64,000 nt of DNA from Candidatus Nomurabacteria bacterium. Lineage in GTDB: Bacteria > Patescibacteriota > Minisyncoccia > Phycocordibacterales > UBA9973. The stretch spans positions 668,619 through 732,618 of the forward strand of contig CP064958.1 of assembly GCA_016699085.1 (NCBI GenBank), read 5' to 3'. The position numbers and the translations under genes were made by a program. Of this stretch, positions 19,545-28,428 are shown piece after piece. Under the pieces are notes generated by a model. The model made no database searches. It was not told the DNA's origin and was given only the letters and a program-made list of their open reading frames with translations. Within the stretch, counting starts at the first letter, position 1; each line of letters starts with the position of its first letter.

Positions 19545-19752
19545 AAGCATATCTAATGATCCGTTGACAGCGGGGAAGATGGAGTCAAATCTCTCGGGAA
19601 AGCCCGTTATAGCTAGGCTAAAAGCCGAAATGAGTTTCACCTGCCAACATTTTCAAAATTTGCGGCAGGCATGAAGTAGGGTGGCACCGCGATCAAAAAT
19701 CGCCCCTGCGAATTTACTAGTAATGTAAGTTCGAAGAGGCGATTTTTGTTTC
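19545..19752 (+). promoter_or_regulatory. T-box riboswitch leader (Asp, specifier GAC) of aspS
   Basis: T-box sequence AAGTAGGGTGGCACCGCG at 19673-19690; terminator AAAAATCGCC...GGCGATTTTTG (19695-19748) whose 5' arm can alternatively pair with the T-box; candidate specifier UUGACA at ~19563-19568. Confidence 0.75.
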
Positions 19753-19756
19753 CTCT

Positions 19757-21070
19757 TTGAATCAAAATAATATGATTCAAGCAAAACATGTCAGTGACCT
19801 AAAAAGTGAAGTTGGAAATGAAGTTATTATCCAAGGTTTCGTGCAAACACTGCGCGTACAGAGTAAAATTATTTTCCTCATTCTTCGAGATGTGACCGGT
19901 ATCGTACAAAACATTATTGAAGCAAGTGTCCCAGATGTATTTGAGACTGCAAAGACACTTTCTCATGAATCTGTGGTACGAATCACTGGTGTTGTCAAAG
20001 AAGCGGCACAAGCGCCTGGAGGATTCGAGCTTGGTGTAAATAGTATTGAGGTGCTTTCTGTTGCAAATCCAGAACTACCAATACCTATTGTCGTGAAGGG
20101 AAGTGATGAAGAATCAGAAGCGCCAACGAGATTTGATTATCGCTGGATTGATCTTCGTAAGCCTGAAAAAACAAAGATATTTAAAGTTTGGACAACACTT
20201 GAGAAAGGTTTCAGAAAATACTGGGACGAGAACAATTATATGCAAGTGTATTCACCGTCATTCATGTCGACACCGTCTGAGACAGGCGCAGAAGTATTCG
20301 AAGTAAAATATTTTGATCGCAAAGCATACCTTGCCCAGTCGCCACAATTCTACAAACAAATGGCAATTGCTTCTGGTTTCGAGCGAGTGTTTATTGCAGG
20401 GCCTGTGTTTCGAGCAGAGGAATCATTTACCTCAAGACATCTCACCGAATTTACCGGTTGGGACTTTGAACTGGGATTTATCGACTCACATCATGACGTC
20501 ATGGATCAAGAAGAAGGCATGCTTGTTGCAGGATTTGAAGCAGTATCTCAAGCATTCCCGGAGCTCGGTGTTATTGTGCCAAAACGACCATTCCCACGAA
20601 TTACGATGCTAGAAGCTAAAAAAATACTATCTGGGTTAGGCGTTTCAAGTGCCGAAGACTATGATCTATCACCAGAAGAAGAACGAGTAATGAGTGACTA
20701 TGTGAAAAAGGAATTTGATCATGAATTTGTCTTTATCCATGAATATCACAAAAGCAAGAGTGCGTTTTATCATATGAGACTCGAAGAGAGTAGTGACTAT
20801 TCGAGACGCGCAGACTTACTTTTCCGTGGCATAGAAGTTACAACACTTGCACAGCGTGAGCATCGAATTGAAATCCTAGAGCAACAGGCAAAAGATAAAG
20901 GCATGAGCCTCGAAGCACTTAAAGATTACTTGAATTTCTTCCGTTATGGTGTACCACCACACGGCGGTGCTGGCATAGGCCCAGGACGACTTATTATGAA
21001 GCTCTTGGATCTTCCAAATGTGCGAGAAGCAACGTACATCCCACGTGATGTAAAGCGATTGAATCCGTAA
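19757..21070 (+). CDS. aspS: aspartate--tRNA ligase, archaeal/type-2
   Basis: 437 aa class II; FRAEESFTSRHLTEF motif 2; C-terminus PPHGGAGIGPGRL...YIPRDVKRLNP like type-2 AspRS. Confidence 0.85.
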   Translation: MNQNNMIQAKHVSDLKSEVGNEVIIQGFVQTLRVQSKIIFLILRDVTGIVQNIIEASVPDVFETAKTLSHESVVRITGVVKEAAQAPGGFELGVNSIEVLSVANPELPIPIVVKGSDEESEAPTRFDYRWIDLRKPEKTKIFKVWTTLEKGFRKYWDENNYMQVYSPSFMSTPSETGAEVFEVKYFDRKAYLAQSPQFYKQMAIASGFERVFIAGPVFRAEESFTSRHLTEFTGWDFELGFIDSHHDVMDQEEGMLVAGFEAVSQAFPELGVIVPKRPFPRITMLEAKKILSGLGVSSAEDYDLSPEEERVMSDYVKKEFDHEFVFIHEYHKSKSAFYHMRLEESSDYSRRADLLFRGIEVTTLAQREHRIEILEQQAKDKGMSLEALKDYLNFFRYGVPPHGGAGIGPGRLIMKLLDLPNVREATYIPRDVKRLNP

Positions 21071-21089
21071 ACTAGCCATAATGGTTGAA

Positions 21090-21130
21090 TTAATTCAATC
21101 CCGTAATTTTGCAAAATTACGGGATTGAAT
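21090..21130. repeat. 40 bp perfect palindrome containing two inverted copies of motif ATCCCGTAATTTTGCAAAA
   Basis: AATTCAATCCCGTAATTTTGCAAAATTACGGGATTGAATT; same 19-mer recurs at 62014 and 62299. Confidence 0.8.
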
Positions 21131-21172
21131 TTGATATAACATGTCACAATAAATGGTTGTGGATAACTTTAC

Positions 21173-21201
21173 TTGACTAAAGAACTTTAGTTTGCTAAAG
21201 T
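21173..21201 (+). promoter_or_regulatory. putative promoter with internal palindrome ACTAAAGAACTTTAGT
   Basis: TTGACT-17nt-TAAAGT; near-perfect palindrome at 21176-21191 overlapping the spacer. Confidence 0.4.
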
Positions 21202-21207
21202 GGCGCT

Positions 21208-21531
21208 ATGGAATTCAATTGGAATATAAAACCAAATACGCAACTACTTGAAGCCATCGTTTCGCTTGAAAACACTGACGAAGCCAAGCGTTTTCTGCGC
21301 GACCTTATGACTGAAGGCGAAATAGAAGAATTCGGCAAAAGACTCGAAGCTGCACGTCTGCTTTCAAATAATGTTCAATACAACACAATCATAAAACAAA
21401 CAGGGCTTTCTTCAACGACAATTGCTCGTATCGCTAAATGGCTTCGAGGCTCACTCGGGGGATACAATCTCATACTTACTCGTATTGCTCATCATCATAA
21501 TTCTATCCAACCAAGGAGAGGATTGTCTTAA
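21208..21531 (+). CDS. TrpR-like YerC/YecD family protein
   Basis: 107 aa; ...AARLLSNNVQYNTIIKQTGLSSTTIARIAKWLRGSLGGY matches YerC/YecD Trp-repressor-like fold signature. Confidence 0.7.
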   Translation: MEFNWNIKPNTQLLEAIVSLENTDEAKRFLRDLMTEGEIEEFGKRLEAARLLSNNVQYNTIIKQTGLSSTTIARIAKWLRGSLGGYNLILTRIAHHHNSIQPRRGLS

Positions 21532-21549
21532 TGCGTGTCGTATGAAGCT

Positions 21550-21581
21550 AACCCCCTCCTTGTTTGGAGGGGGTTGTTTTT
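21550..21581 (+). terminator. rho-independent terminator
   Basis: AACCCCCTCC-ttgttt-GGAGGGGGTT followed by GTTTTT. Confidence 0.8.
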
Positions 21582-21702
21582 ATTCACAGTAAAATTTTTA
21601 CTATGAGATTTCCAAGCATTACTTGTTCTTTCGGTGGATCACTAGGCGGTGCCGGTGTACACCTTAACCAAAGCGAGGAGACAAGTATTCTCCTCGTTAT
21701 AT

Positions 21703-21777
21703 GGTCTCCGTAGCTCAATAGAAGAGCGCTTCTTTGTGGAAGAAGTGGCTGAGGGTGCAAGTCCCTTCGGAGACCCA
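21703..21777 (+). tRNA. tRNA-His (anticodon GTG)
   Basis: manual cloverleaf: G-1 plus acceptor GTCTCCG/CGGAGAC, U8, D-arm GCTC-AATAGAA-GAGC, anticodon arm CTTCT-TTGTGGA-AGAAG, T-arm GAGGG-TGCAAGT-CCCTT, discriminator C. Confidence 0.85.
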
Positions 21778-21795
21778 CGCAAAATTTGCGTATAT

Positions 21796-22701
21796 ATGAG
21801 TTACAAAAATAATAAAAAGAAAAAGAATTTTCTTAATCAACTGAACCGTCAAGTTGTGCTGATTAGGATTGCGCTTTTAAAAAAGTACTCATTGTTCATT
21901 CAAAAAAATAAACTAACTATGCAACAACGACAAACAACAAATACTATGCAGTGGCTCCGTGATCAGTGTAAAATGGTTCGAAGTAATAATATGCGTATTA
22001 GTGATTGGGTAGATACTTATATTGATTCCTGTATTGAAAACGGGAAACCAATCGAATTATTAACGCAGTATTGCCTATCTAAGGACCTAGAAAAACGGTA
22101 CCAGTTGCAAGGTAATCAATTTATACCTTTGCAAGCAGAAATAAAACTTTTTACTAAAGAAATACCCCGAATTATGGATATATTTGCAAGTAATAATATA
22201 TCGGTGAATTGGTTTGTTACATTTAATGATTCGTTTATTGAAAAAGGTAGAGTTGACGTAAGTATAGCTAATGCATATATCGTTATGATTAGTAACATTC
22301 AAGAAAATAAGAATATTATATTTCTCAATTGGGAAAAAGATATTCTCTGCGATCGCCCAAGACCAAGCGAAGTTGTACTAGGAGATTTTTTCAGCTATGT
22401 AACACGCGATGCATACAACATCGCAATGAATGATCTTGTAAGTCGAACTGAAAAATTTTCTGACTTTGACGAAATTAAATCCGGTTTTGCAGAAGGGTTG
22501 CAGTTTAAAATTGCATGCGAAGCAGAAGAGGGTAGATTCTTAATCGAAGAAAAAGTAGGTATGTTCGATGATCCAGGTAAATTCATTTTGGTGCCATTAG
22601 AACTCCCTGAAAGATATGTATTCTTCAATACTCTTGTACCTGATTTTCAAAAAAGAATCGTACCAATATTGAAGCCATATCCATGGCGAATAAATTCATA
22701 A
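21796..22701 (+). CDS. hypothetical protein
   Basis: ~300 aa ORF beginning after tRNA-His; no recognisable domain; ORF-track start 21649 rejected because it overlaps the tRNA. Confidence 0.5.
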   Translation: MSYKNNKKKKNFLNQLNRQVVLIRIALLKKYSLFIQKNKLTMQQRQTTNTMQWLRDQCKMVRSNNMRISDWVDTYIDSCIENGKPIELLTQYCLSKDLEKRYQLQGNQFIPLQAEIKLFTKEIPRIMDIFASNNISVNWFVTFNDSFIEKGRVDVSIANAYIVMISNIQENKNIIFLNWEKDILCDRPRPSEVVLGDFFSYVTRDAYNIAMNDLVSRTEKFSDFDEIKSGFAEGLQFKIACEAEEGRFLIEEKVGMFDDPGKFILVPLELPERYVFFNTLVPDFQKRIVPILKPYPWRINS

Positions 22702-22707
22702 CAATGT

Positions 22708-22737
22708 AAAAACAGCGACATTTGGTCGCTGTTTTTT
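22708..22737 (+). terminator. rho-independent terminator
   Basis: CAGCGAC-atttg-GTCGCTG followed by TTTTTT. Confidence 0.75.
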
Positions 22738-22781
22738 GCTGTTTTATTAAATTACTTTTTAAGGTAAACTAGTATGTACTT

Positions 22782-23552
22782 ATGAACACCACAGAAGCAA
22801 TTGACTCATACACCGTCACGACCGGCACTTTCTCTGGTCCTTTTGAACTTCTGCTTGAACTTATTGAAAGTCATAAACTTTTCATAAATGAAATTTCACT
22901 AGCTGAGGTTACTAATGAATATGTTAATTATCTTAAAACAGAAAAGGGCCTCGACATGCAAATAGCAACCAACTTTATTTTAATTGCTGCGACGCTTATT
23001 CTTATCAAATCCCGTTCACTACTACCAAATCTTAAACTTACCGAGGAGGAATCAGAAAGTATTACTAGTCTTGAAGCAAGACTGAAACTGTATCAAATCA
23101 TCAAAGACATTAGTCCATATATACAGGAGAAATTTGGCAAGCAAATTATTTTCTCAGCCCCACCTGGAGCAAATGAACACGTTGTCTTTAGTCCTCATGT
23201 CAAAATTACAAAAACTGCACTCGAGCAAGCTATGCAAGATGTACTCCGCGCTTTACCCAAGAAGGAAATCCTCCCTGAGGTGACTGTCCGCAAGGTTATG
23301 AATATAGAGGAGCTGATTGATTCATTGACTCTCCGAATGACGCAGGCTGTCAATATAAGCTTTAAGTCTTTTACGAACGAATACAAAACTGAAGACAGCA
23401 AAGAGGCTAAAATGTTTACTATTGTCACGTTTTTAGCTATGCTTGAGCTTGTTCGATCAGGCCTCATTGATGTACTGCAAAGCGACTTGTTTGACGATAT
23501 GACCATAACAAAAGATATGCCCCAACAATCACAACAATATGGAAATAACTGA
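22782..23552 (+). CDS. scpA: segregation and condensation protein A
   Basis: FSGPFELLLELIESHKLFINEISLAEVT N-terminal ScpA signature. Confidence 0.85.
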   Translation: MNTTEAIDSYTVTTGTFSGPFELLLELIESHKLFINEISLAEVTNEYVNYLKTEKGLDMQIATNFILIAATLILIKSRSLLPNLKLTEEESESITSLEARLKLYQIIKDISPYIQEKFGKQIIFSAPPGANEHVVFSPHVKITKTALEQAMQDVLRALPKKEILPEVTVRKVMNIEELIDSLTLRMTQAVNISFKSFTNEYKTEDSKEAKMFTIVTFLAMLELVRSGLIDVLQSDLFDDMTITKDMPQQSQQYGNN

Positions 23553-24102
23553 ATTAGTACAAAAAATTGAAGCTCTCCTTTTTATCAAAGGCCAAACACT
23601 TTCATTGGGTGAACTAGTTACATTAACTCGTGAACCAAAAAGTAAAATAGCAGAAGCATGTAGTATGCTCCAAGAAAAACATAGAGCTGATGGTATTGTT
23701 GTTATTTTTAACAACGAAGAAATTGCCTTAGGAACTAATCCTTTACTTGCATCATTTCTTGATCAAATTCGAAAAGAAGAACTCGAAAAGGAGCTAAGTA
23801 AAGCAAGTGTTGAGACGCTGGCAATAATTTTGTATAAAAAAAATGTTACCCGTGCAGAAATTGATTATATTAGAGGTGTGAATTCAAGTTTTATTTTGCG
23901 AGCATTGCTTATCCGCGGACTTATTGAGAAGGAAAGCCATCCAGAAGATTCCAGAAAATTTATGTATACGCCATCGCTTGATCTTATGCGATTTTTGGGC
24001 ATAACATCACTTGAAGAGCTGTCAGATAAGGCAAGCGTTGAAGCATCGTTGCAGACATTTGTGCAAAATAGTGCTCAGGAAATTGAACAAGAAAGTGTAT
24101 GA
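23539..24102 (+). CDS. scpB: segregation and condensation protein B
   Basis: tandem wHTH; EALLFIKGQTLSLGEL pattern; directly follows scpA. Confidence 0.85.
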   Translation: MEITELVQKIEALLFIKGQTLSLGELVTLTREPKSKIAEACSMLQEKHRADGIVVIFNNEEIALGTNPLLASFLDQIRKEELEKELSKASVETLAIILYKKNVTRAEIDYIRGVNSSFILRALLIRGLIEKESHPEDSRKFMYTPSLDLMRFLGITSLEELSDKASVEASLQTFVQNSAQEIEQESV

Positions 24103-25043
24103 CATCACATATAACATCACAAACTACAAAGCCGCAAGTCTATCTTGCCCTTATCGGGGCAGTTTTTCTTACTGGGTTATATTATGAGCAAGTATCTGTT
24201 AATAACTATTTCTTTGATCAAGAACAGAAAGCCCTGCAAACCCAAGTAGAAAACCAGACTAAAATAAGCACTTCTATCTCAGTTGTTGCAAAAGCATATT
24301 ATGTTTACGATGCAACGACAGATAAAGTTTTATTCCAGAAAAATGCAAAAGCTCCGCTTGCACTTGCTTCATTAGTAAAAGTTATGACTGCCTTAGTAGC
24401 TGAAAACCACTTAGACCAAAACGAAGATATATATCTTTCGCCATATGCATTGCAATCGGTTGGTGACACAGGTCTCCTTGAAGGTGACCACTGGGAATTA
24501 AATTCATTATTGCCATTTGCACTTGTCTCATCATCAAATGATGCCATTCAAGCTATAGCAGAAGCAATAGAGGTCAAACATACTACAAGTATTATAAGCC
24601 TCATGAATCGTGAGGCGGCACAACGCGGATTAACATCAATGCAGTTTTTTAATTCTACTGGATTAGATATAACAGATCAAATAAATGGGGGATATGGTAG
24701 TGCAGAAGATATTGCAAAACTTTTTGGACATACAATTTTGACCTACCCGTTATTATATGAACAAACAAAAGTTCCAAGTGCTATCTTTTATTCTACAAGC
24801 CAAAAGCCATACAGTGCACAAAATACAAATCAGATGGTAGACTCTTTTAGCTCAATCATTGCATCAAAAACTGGCTATACAACATTGGCTGGGGGGAATC
24901 TACTAATCGCCCGAAAAATGCCAAATGAGCATATAATTATTTTTGCATTACTAGGATCAACCTATGTAGACAGGTTTACTGACATGCTTGCTTTGTCGCG
25001 CAAGGCAGATATTTATGCAATGACTACACCCGAAGCCCTTTAA
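24099..25043 (+). CDS. D-alanyl-D-alanine carboxypeptidase (S11, PBP5/6-like)
   Basis: N-terminal TM anchor; SLVK (SxxK), SSSND (SxN), KTGYT (KTG) motifs. Confidence 0.8.
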   Translation: MTSHITSQTTKPQVYLALIGAVFLTGLYYEQVSVNNYFFDQEQKALQTQVENQTKISTSISVVAKAYYVYDATTDKVLFQKNAKAPLALASLVKVMTALVAENHLDQNEDIYLSPYALQSVGDTGLLEGDHWELNSLLPFALVSSSNDAIQAIAEAIEVKHTTSIISLMNREAAQRGLTSMQFFNSTGLDITDQINGGYGSAEDIAKLFGHTILTYPLLYEQTKVPSAIFYSTSQKPYSAQNTNQMVDSFSSIIASKTGYTTLAGGNLLIARKMPNEHIIIFALLGSTYVDRFTDMLALSRKADIYAMTTPEAL

Positions 25044-25050
25044 GCTAGGC

Positions 25051-26136
25051 TTGCTTCGTTGTATACTCAAGTGTATGGATTTAAGTCTTATCAAATTATT
25101 TCTACCGACTGCACTGACATTCTTAGTCGGTATCGCCATGACACCTACTGTGGTGAGATTTTCTATAAAGCATAAATTGTGGAAGCGCTACGCACGCAAA
25201 GATGAAACAAAAAATCCCGACAAAATGTCACCTGTCTTCCAAGCTATCCACAATAGCGATGATGAACTTCGAACATCTCGGATAGGTGGTGTTATTATTT
25301 GGCTCTCAACACTTACAGTAGCTTGTGCTATGTGGCTTCTCACTATTTTTTTTCCAAGCCCAGTTATTGAAAAGTTAAACTTTATCAGTCGTGATCAAAC
25401 CCTCATATTATTAGTTGGATTATTTTTTGCTTCGCTCATAGGCCTCGTTGATGATGCACTTTGCATTTATGCACATGAAGGTAAGTTTAGTAACGGTTTC
25501 CCGCGAATTTACATGATTGTGATGGTAGTCATGATTGGCCTCGTAGGTGGCACCTGGTTCTATGAAAAACTTGGAGCGTCACTTGTCCACATACCTTTCG
25601 ATGGTTCAATAGCACTAGGCATACTTTTTATACCTTTCTTCATGCTCGTGCTATTCGGAGTATTCTCAAGTGGGGTTATCGATGGTATTGATGGCCTTGC
25701 TGGTGGTGTGATGGCAACTATTTTTGCAGCATACGCTACTATTGCTTTTTTCCAAAATCAAATTAATGTGGCTGTATTTTGTGGAGTAATTACTGGAGCA
25801 CTTCTTGCATTTCTTTGGTTCAATATCCCGCCTGCCAGGTTTTATTTAGGAGAATCTGGAATGTTGGGGCTTACTGTATCGCTAACACTGGTGGCATTTT
25901 TAACAAATACAGTTCTTATTTTACCAATTATTGCGTTACCATTAACACTAACTGCACTTTCTTCAGCTATCCAGATTATTTCAAAGAAGTTTTTCCACTA
26001 TAAAGTATTCAGAGTCGCACCGCTGCATCATCATTTTCAAAGTTTGGGCTGGCCGAGAGAAAAAGTCACCATGCGGTATTGGGTTATCTCAGTTATTTTT
26101 GCAATTATTGGAATTGTGCTTTCATTGATCAGTTAA
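25051..26136 (+). CDS. mraY: phospho-N-acetylmuramoyl-pentapeptide transferase
   Basis: 10 TM; GLVDDAL and APLHHHFQ motifs. Confidence 0.9.
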   Translation: MLRCILKCMDLSLIKLFLPTALTFLVGIAMTPTVVRFSIKHKLWKRYARKDETKNPDKMSPVFQAIHNSDDELRTSRIGGVIIWLSTLTVACAMWLLTIFFPSPVIEKLNFISRDQTLILLVGLFFASLIGLVDDALCIYAHEGKFSNGFPRIYMIVMVVMIGLVGGTWFYEKLGASLVHIPFDGSIALGILFIPFFMLVLFGVFSSGVIDGIDGLAGGVMATIFAAYATIAFFQNQINVAVFCGVITGALLAFLWFNIPPARFYLGESGMLGLTVSLTLVAFLTNTVLILPIIALPLTLTALSSAIQIISKKFFHYKVFRVAPLHHHFQSLGWPREKVTMRYWVISVIFAIIGIVLSLIS

Positions 26137-26138
26137 GT

Positions 26139-27260
26139 ATGACTACAAAAATCAAACCGTTTGATAAGACATTCTTCTGGATTGTTGTTACCTTAACTGG
26201 CGTAGGAATCTTGACGTTTGTTTCGGCATCACTAGGTATACTTGCAAAAAGTGAGACTAAATTTTACGGTGTTATATTTAATCAACTTGTACTTGGTCTC
26301 TGTGGTGGGGCGCTTGCGTTGTATCTAACCTCTAGAATTAATTATCTGTTCTGGCGTAAATACGCTTTTTATTTTTTTCTAGCGTCTATAGGTCTTACCT
26401 TGCTTGTATTTGTCCCACAAATCGGGTTTACGCATGGCGGAGCATCACGGTGGGTAAACCTTGGTCCGATTTCATTTCAGCCTGTAGAATTTCTCAAGGT
26501 TGGGTTTATTCTGTATTTTGCAGCCTATATGTCCTGGCTAAAAAGTAAAGCAACAGATTATAAGTACAGTATTATTCCACTGCTTGCTTTGCTGCTACTT
26601 ATTGCGGGTATTTTATTGGCTCAGCCAGATACAAAAAGTTTATTACTCATTATTGTAACGGGCGGAGCAATGCTTTTCGTATCTGGAGTGCCACTTAAAT
26701 ATATTTTTGGACTTTTGGGAATCGCAGCTGCAGGATTGCTTATATTGGCATTTTTTACTCCATACCTGACAAGCCGTATTGATACTTTTATTCACCCAGA
26801 TAAAGATAGCTCAGGATCATCATATCAACTACAACAATCCCTAATCGCAATAGGCTCGGGTGGCACATTTGGACGAGGCCTTGGGCAAAGCATTCAAAAA
26901 TTTAGTTATTTGCCAGAGCCTCAAGGTGACTCTATATTTGCTGTTATAGGTGAAGAATTTGGCTTTATCGGCTGTAGTATACTACTCGTGCTTTATACAG
27001 CGTTTGTACTTAGGGGACTTAGAATTGCAAACCATGCCCCCGATGGCTTTAGTAGACTTTTTATTGTTGGAATTGTTATACTTTTAGGCGCGCAATCGCT
27101 TTTAAACATTGCATCTATTATAGGTTTATTTCCATTGACTGGTGTGCCATTAGTTTTCGTAAGCCATGGAGGTACGTCACTTATGATCTCACTTGCAGCA
27201 ATGGGGGTTATACTCAACATGTCACGTTACCAGAAAGCAAATAACGGAATGCATAAATAA
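26139..27260 (+). CDS. ftsW: SEDS family cell division/peptidoglycan polymerase FtsW/RodA
   Basis: multi-TM SEDS topology, conserved P...G..RW and GGTS regions; start trimmed to MTTKIKPF after mraY stop. Confidence 0.85.
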   Translation: MTTKIKPFDKTFFWIVVTLTGVGILTFVSASLGILAKSETKFYGVIFNQLVLGLCGGALALYLTSRINYLFWRKYAFYFFLASIGLTLLVFVPQIGFTHGGASRWVNLGPISFQPVEFLKVGFILYFAAYMSWLKSKATDYKYSIIPLLALLLLIAGILLAQPDTKSLLLIIVTGGAMLFVSGVPLKYIFGLLGIAAAGLLILAFFTPYLTSRIDTFIHPDKDSSGSSYQLQQSLIAIGSGGTFGRGLGQSIQKFSYLPEPQGDSIFAVIGEEFGFIGCSILLVLYTAFVLRGLRIANHAPDGFSRLFIVGIVILLGAQSLLNIASIIGLFPLTGVPLVFVSHGGTSLMISLAAMGVILNMSRYQKANNGMHK

Positions 27261-27268
27261 ATATCACT

Positions 27269-28396
27269 ATGAAAATATTATTCACCGGAGGAGGAACAGG
27301 AGGACACTTTTACCCAATTATTGCTATTGCAGAAAATATACAAAGGGTTGTTCAAGATGAAAAAATTCTTAAAGTTGAACTGTTCTATATGTCGACTGAG
27401 CCGTATGATAAAGCTGCATTATATGAAAACAGTATAACTTTTATACCTGTCACTGCTGGCAAACTACGCATTTACCCATCAATAAAAAATTTCATAGATA
27501 TAGGTAAAACAATATTTGGCTGTTTGGAAGCAACTCTGAAGGTGTTTGCATTATATCCAGACGTAGTTGTAGGGAAGGGAGGTTACGCAAGTTTCCCGGC
27601 ACTTTTTGCAGCGAGACTTTTGAGAATACCAGTAATCATCCACGAATCAGATTCAGCTCCTGGGCGAGTAAATAGTTGGGCAGCAAAATTTGCAAAACGT
27701 ATAGCCATATCATTTGAAGAAGCTAGTGATTATTTTCCAAAAACAAAAACGGCCTGGACTGGACAGCCAATACGAAGAGATATCACCCAGGCCGCACGCG
27801 ATGGTGCATTCGAATACCTCAAATTTAATTCGACCATACCAGTGTTATTTATTCTAGGAGGATCACAAGGCGCACAAAAAATTAATAACGCAATCATTGA
27901 TGCATTACCTACATTGGTTGCCAAGTATCAAATTATCCACCAGGTTGGGGTAAAAAATCTTAAAGATGTATCCGAAACAGCCCAAGTAGTACTTGCAGGA
28001 AATACCAACAAGGATCGTTATAAGCCAGTTGGATTTCTTAATCCGCTTGGTATGAAAATGAGTTCAGGGGCAGCAACACTCGTTATTTCTCGTGCAGGTT
28101 CAACGATATTTGAAATTGCATCTTGGAACGTACCTTCGATTATTATTCCATTTGATAAATCAAATGGCGACCATGCTAGAAAAAACGCGTATACCTACGC
28201 GAGAGCAGGCTGTGGCGAAGTTATCGAAGAAAACAATTTAACCCCAAACATACTCGTATCTGAAATAGAAAATATTTTAAGTAACCCAAGCAAAGTTGCT
28301 GCAATGAAAAAGGCTACGCAAGATTTTGCACGGCCTGATGCGGGACGGGTGATTGCCAAGGAAATTCTTGATTTAGCTTTAGAACATGTAAAGTAG
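27269..28396 (+). CDS. murG: undecaprenyldiphospho-muramoylpentapeptide beta-N-acetylglucosaminyltransferase
   Basis: MKILFTGGGTGGHFYP N-terminus, GT28 two-domain layout. Confidence 0.92.
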   Translation: MKILFTGGGTGGHFYPIIAIAENIQRVVQDEKILKVELFYMSTEPYDKAALYENSITFIPVTAGKLRIYPSIKNFIDIGKTIFGCLEATLKVFALYPDVVVGKGGYASFPALFAARLLRIPVIIHESDSAPGRVNSWAAKFAKRIAISFEEASDYFPKTKTAWTGQPIRRDITQAARDGAFEYLKFNSTIPVLFILGGSQGAQKINNAIIDALPTLVAKYQIIHQVGVKNLKDVSETAQVVLAGNTNKDRYKPVGFLNPLGMKMSSGAATLVISRAGSTIFEIASWNVPSIIIPFDKSNGDHARKNAYTYARAGCGEVIEENNLTPNILVSEIENILSNPSKVAAMKKATQDFARPDAGRVIAKEILDLALEHVK

Positions 28397-28428
28397 AGAA
28401 ATGAGCTGCATTCTGGTAAAATATAGGG

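Noticed and set aside
21584-21778. ORF-track CDS on minus strand (64 aa) and the N-terminal 49 codons of ORF 21649-22701
   Set aside because: Both run through a well-formed tRNA-His and the upstream hairpin. Gene start moved to 21796.
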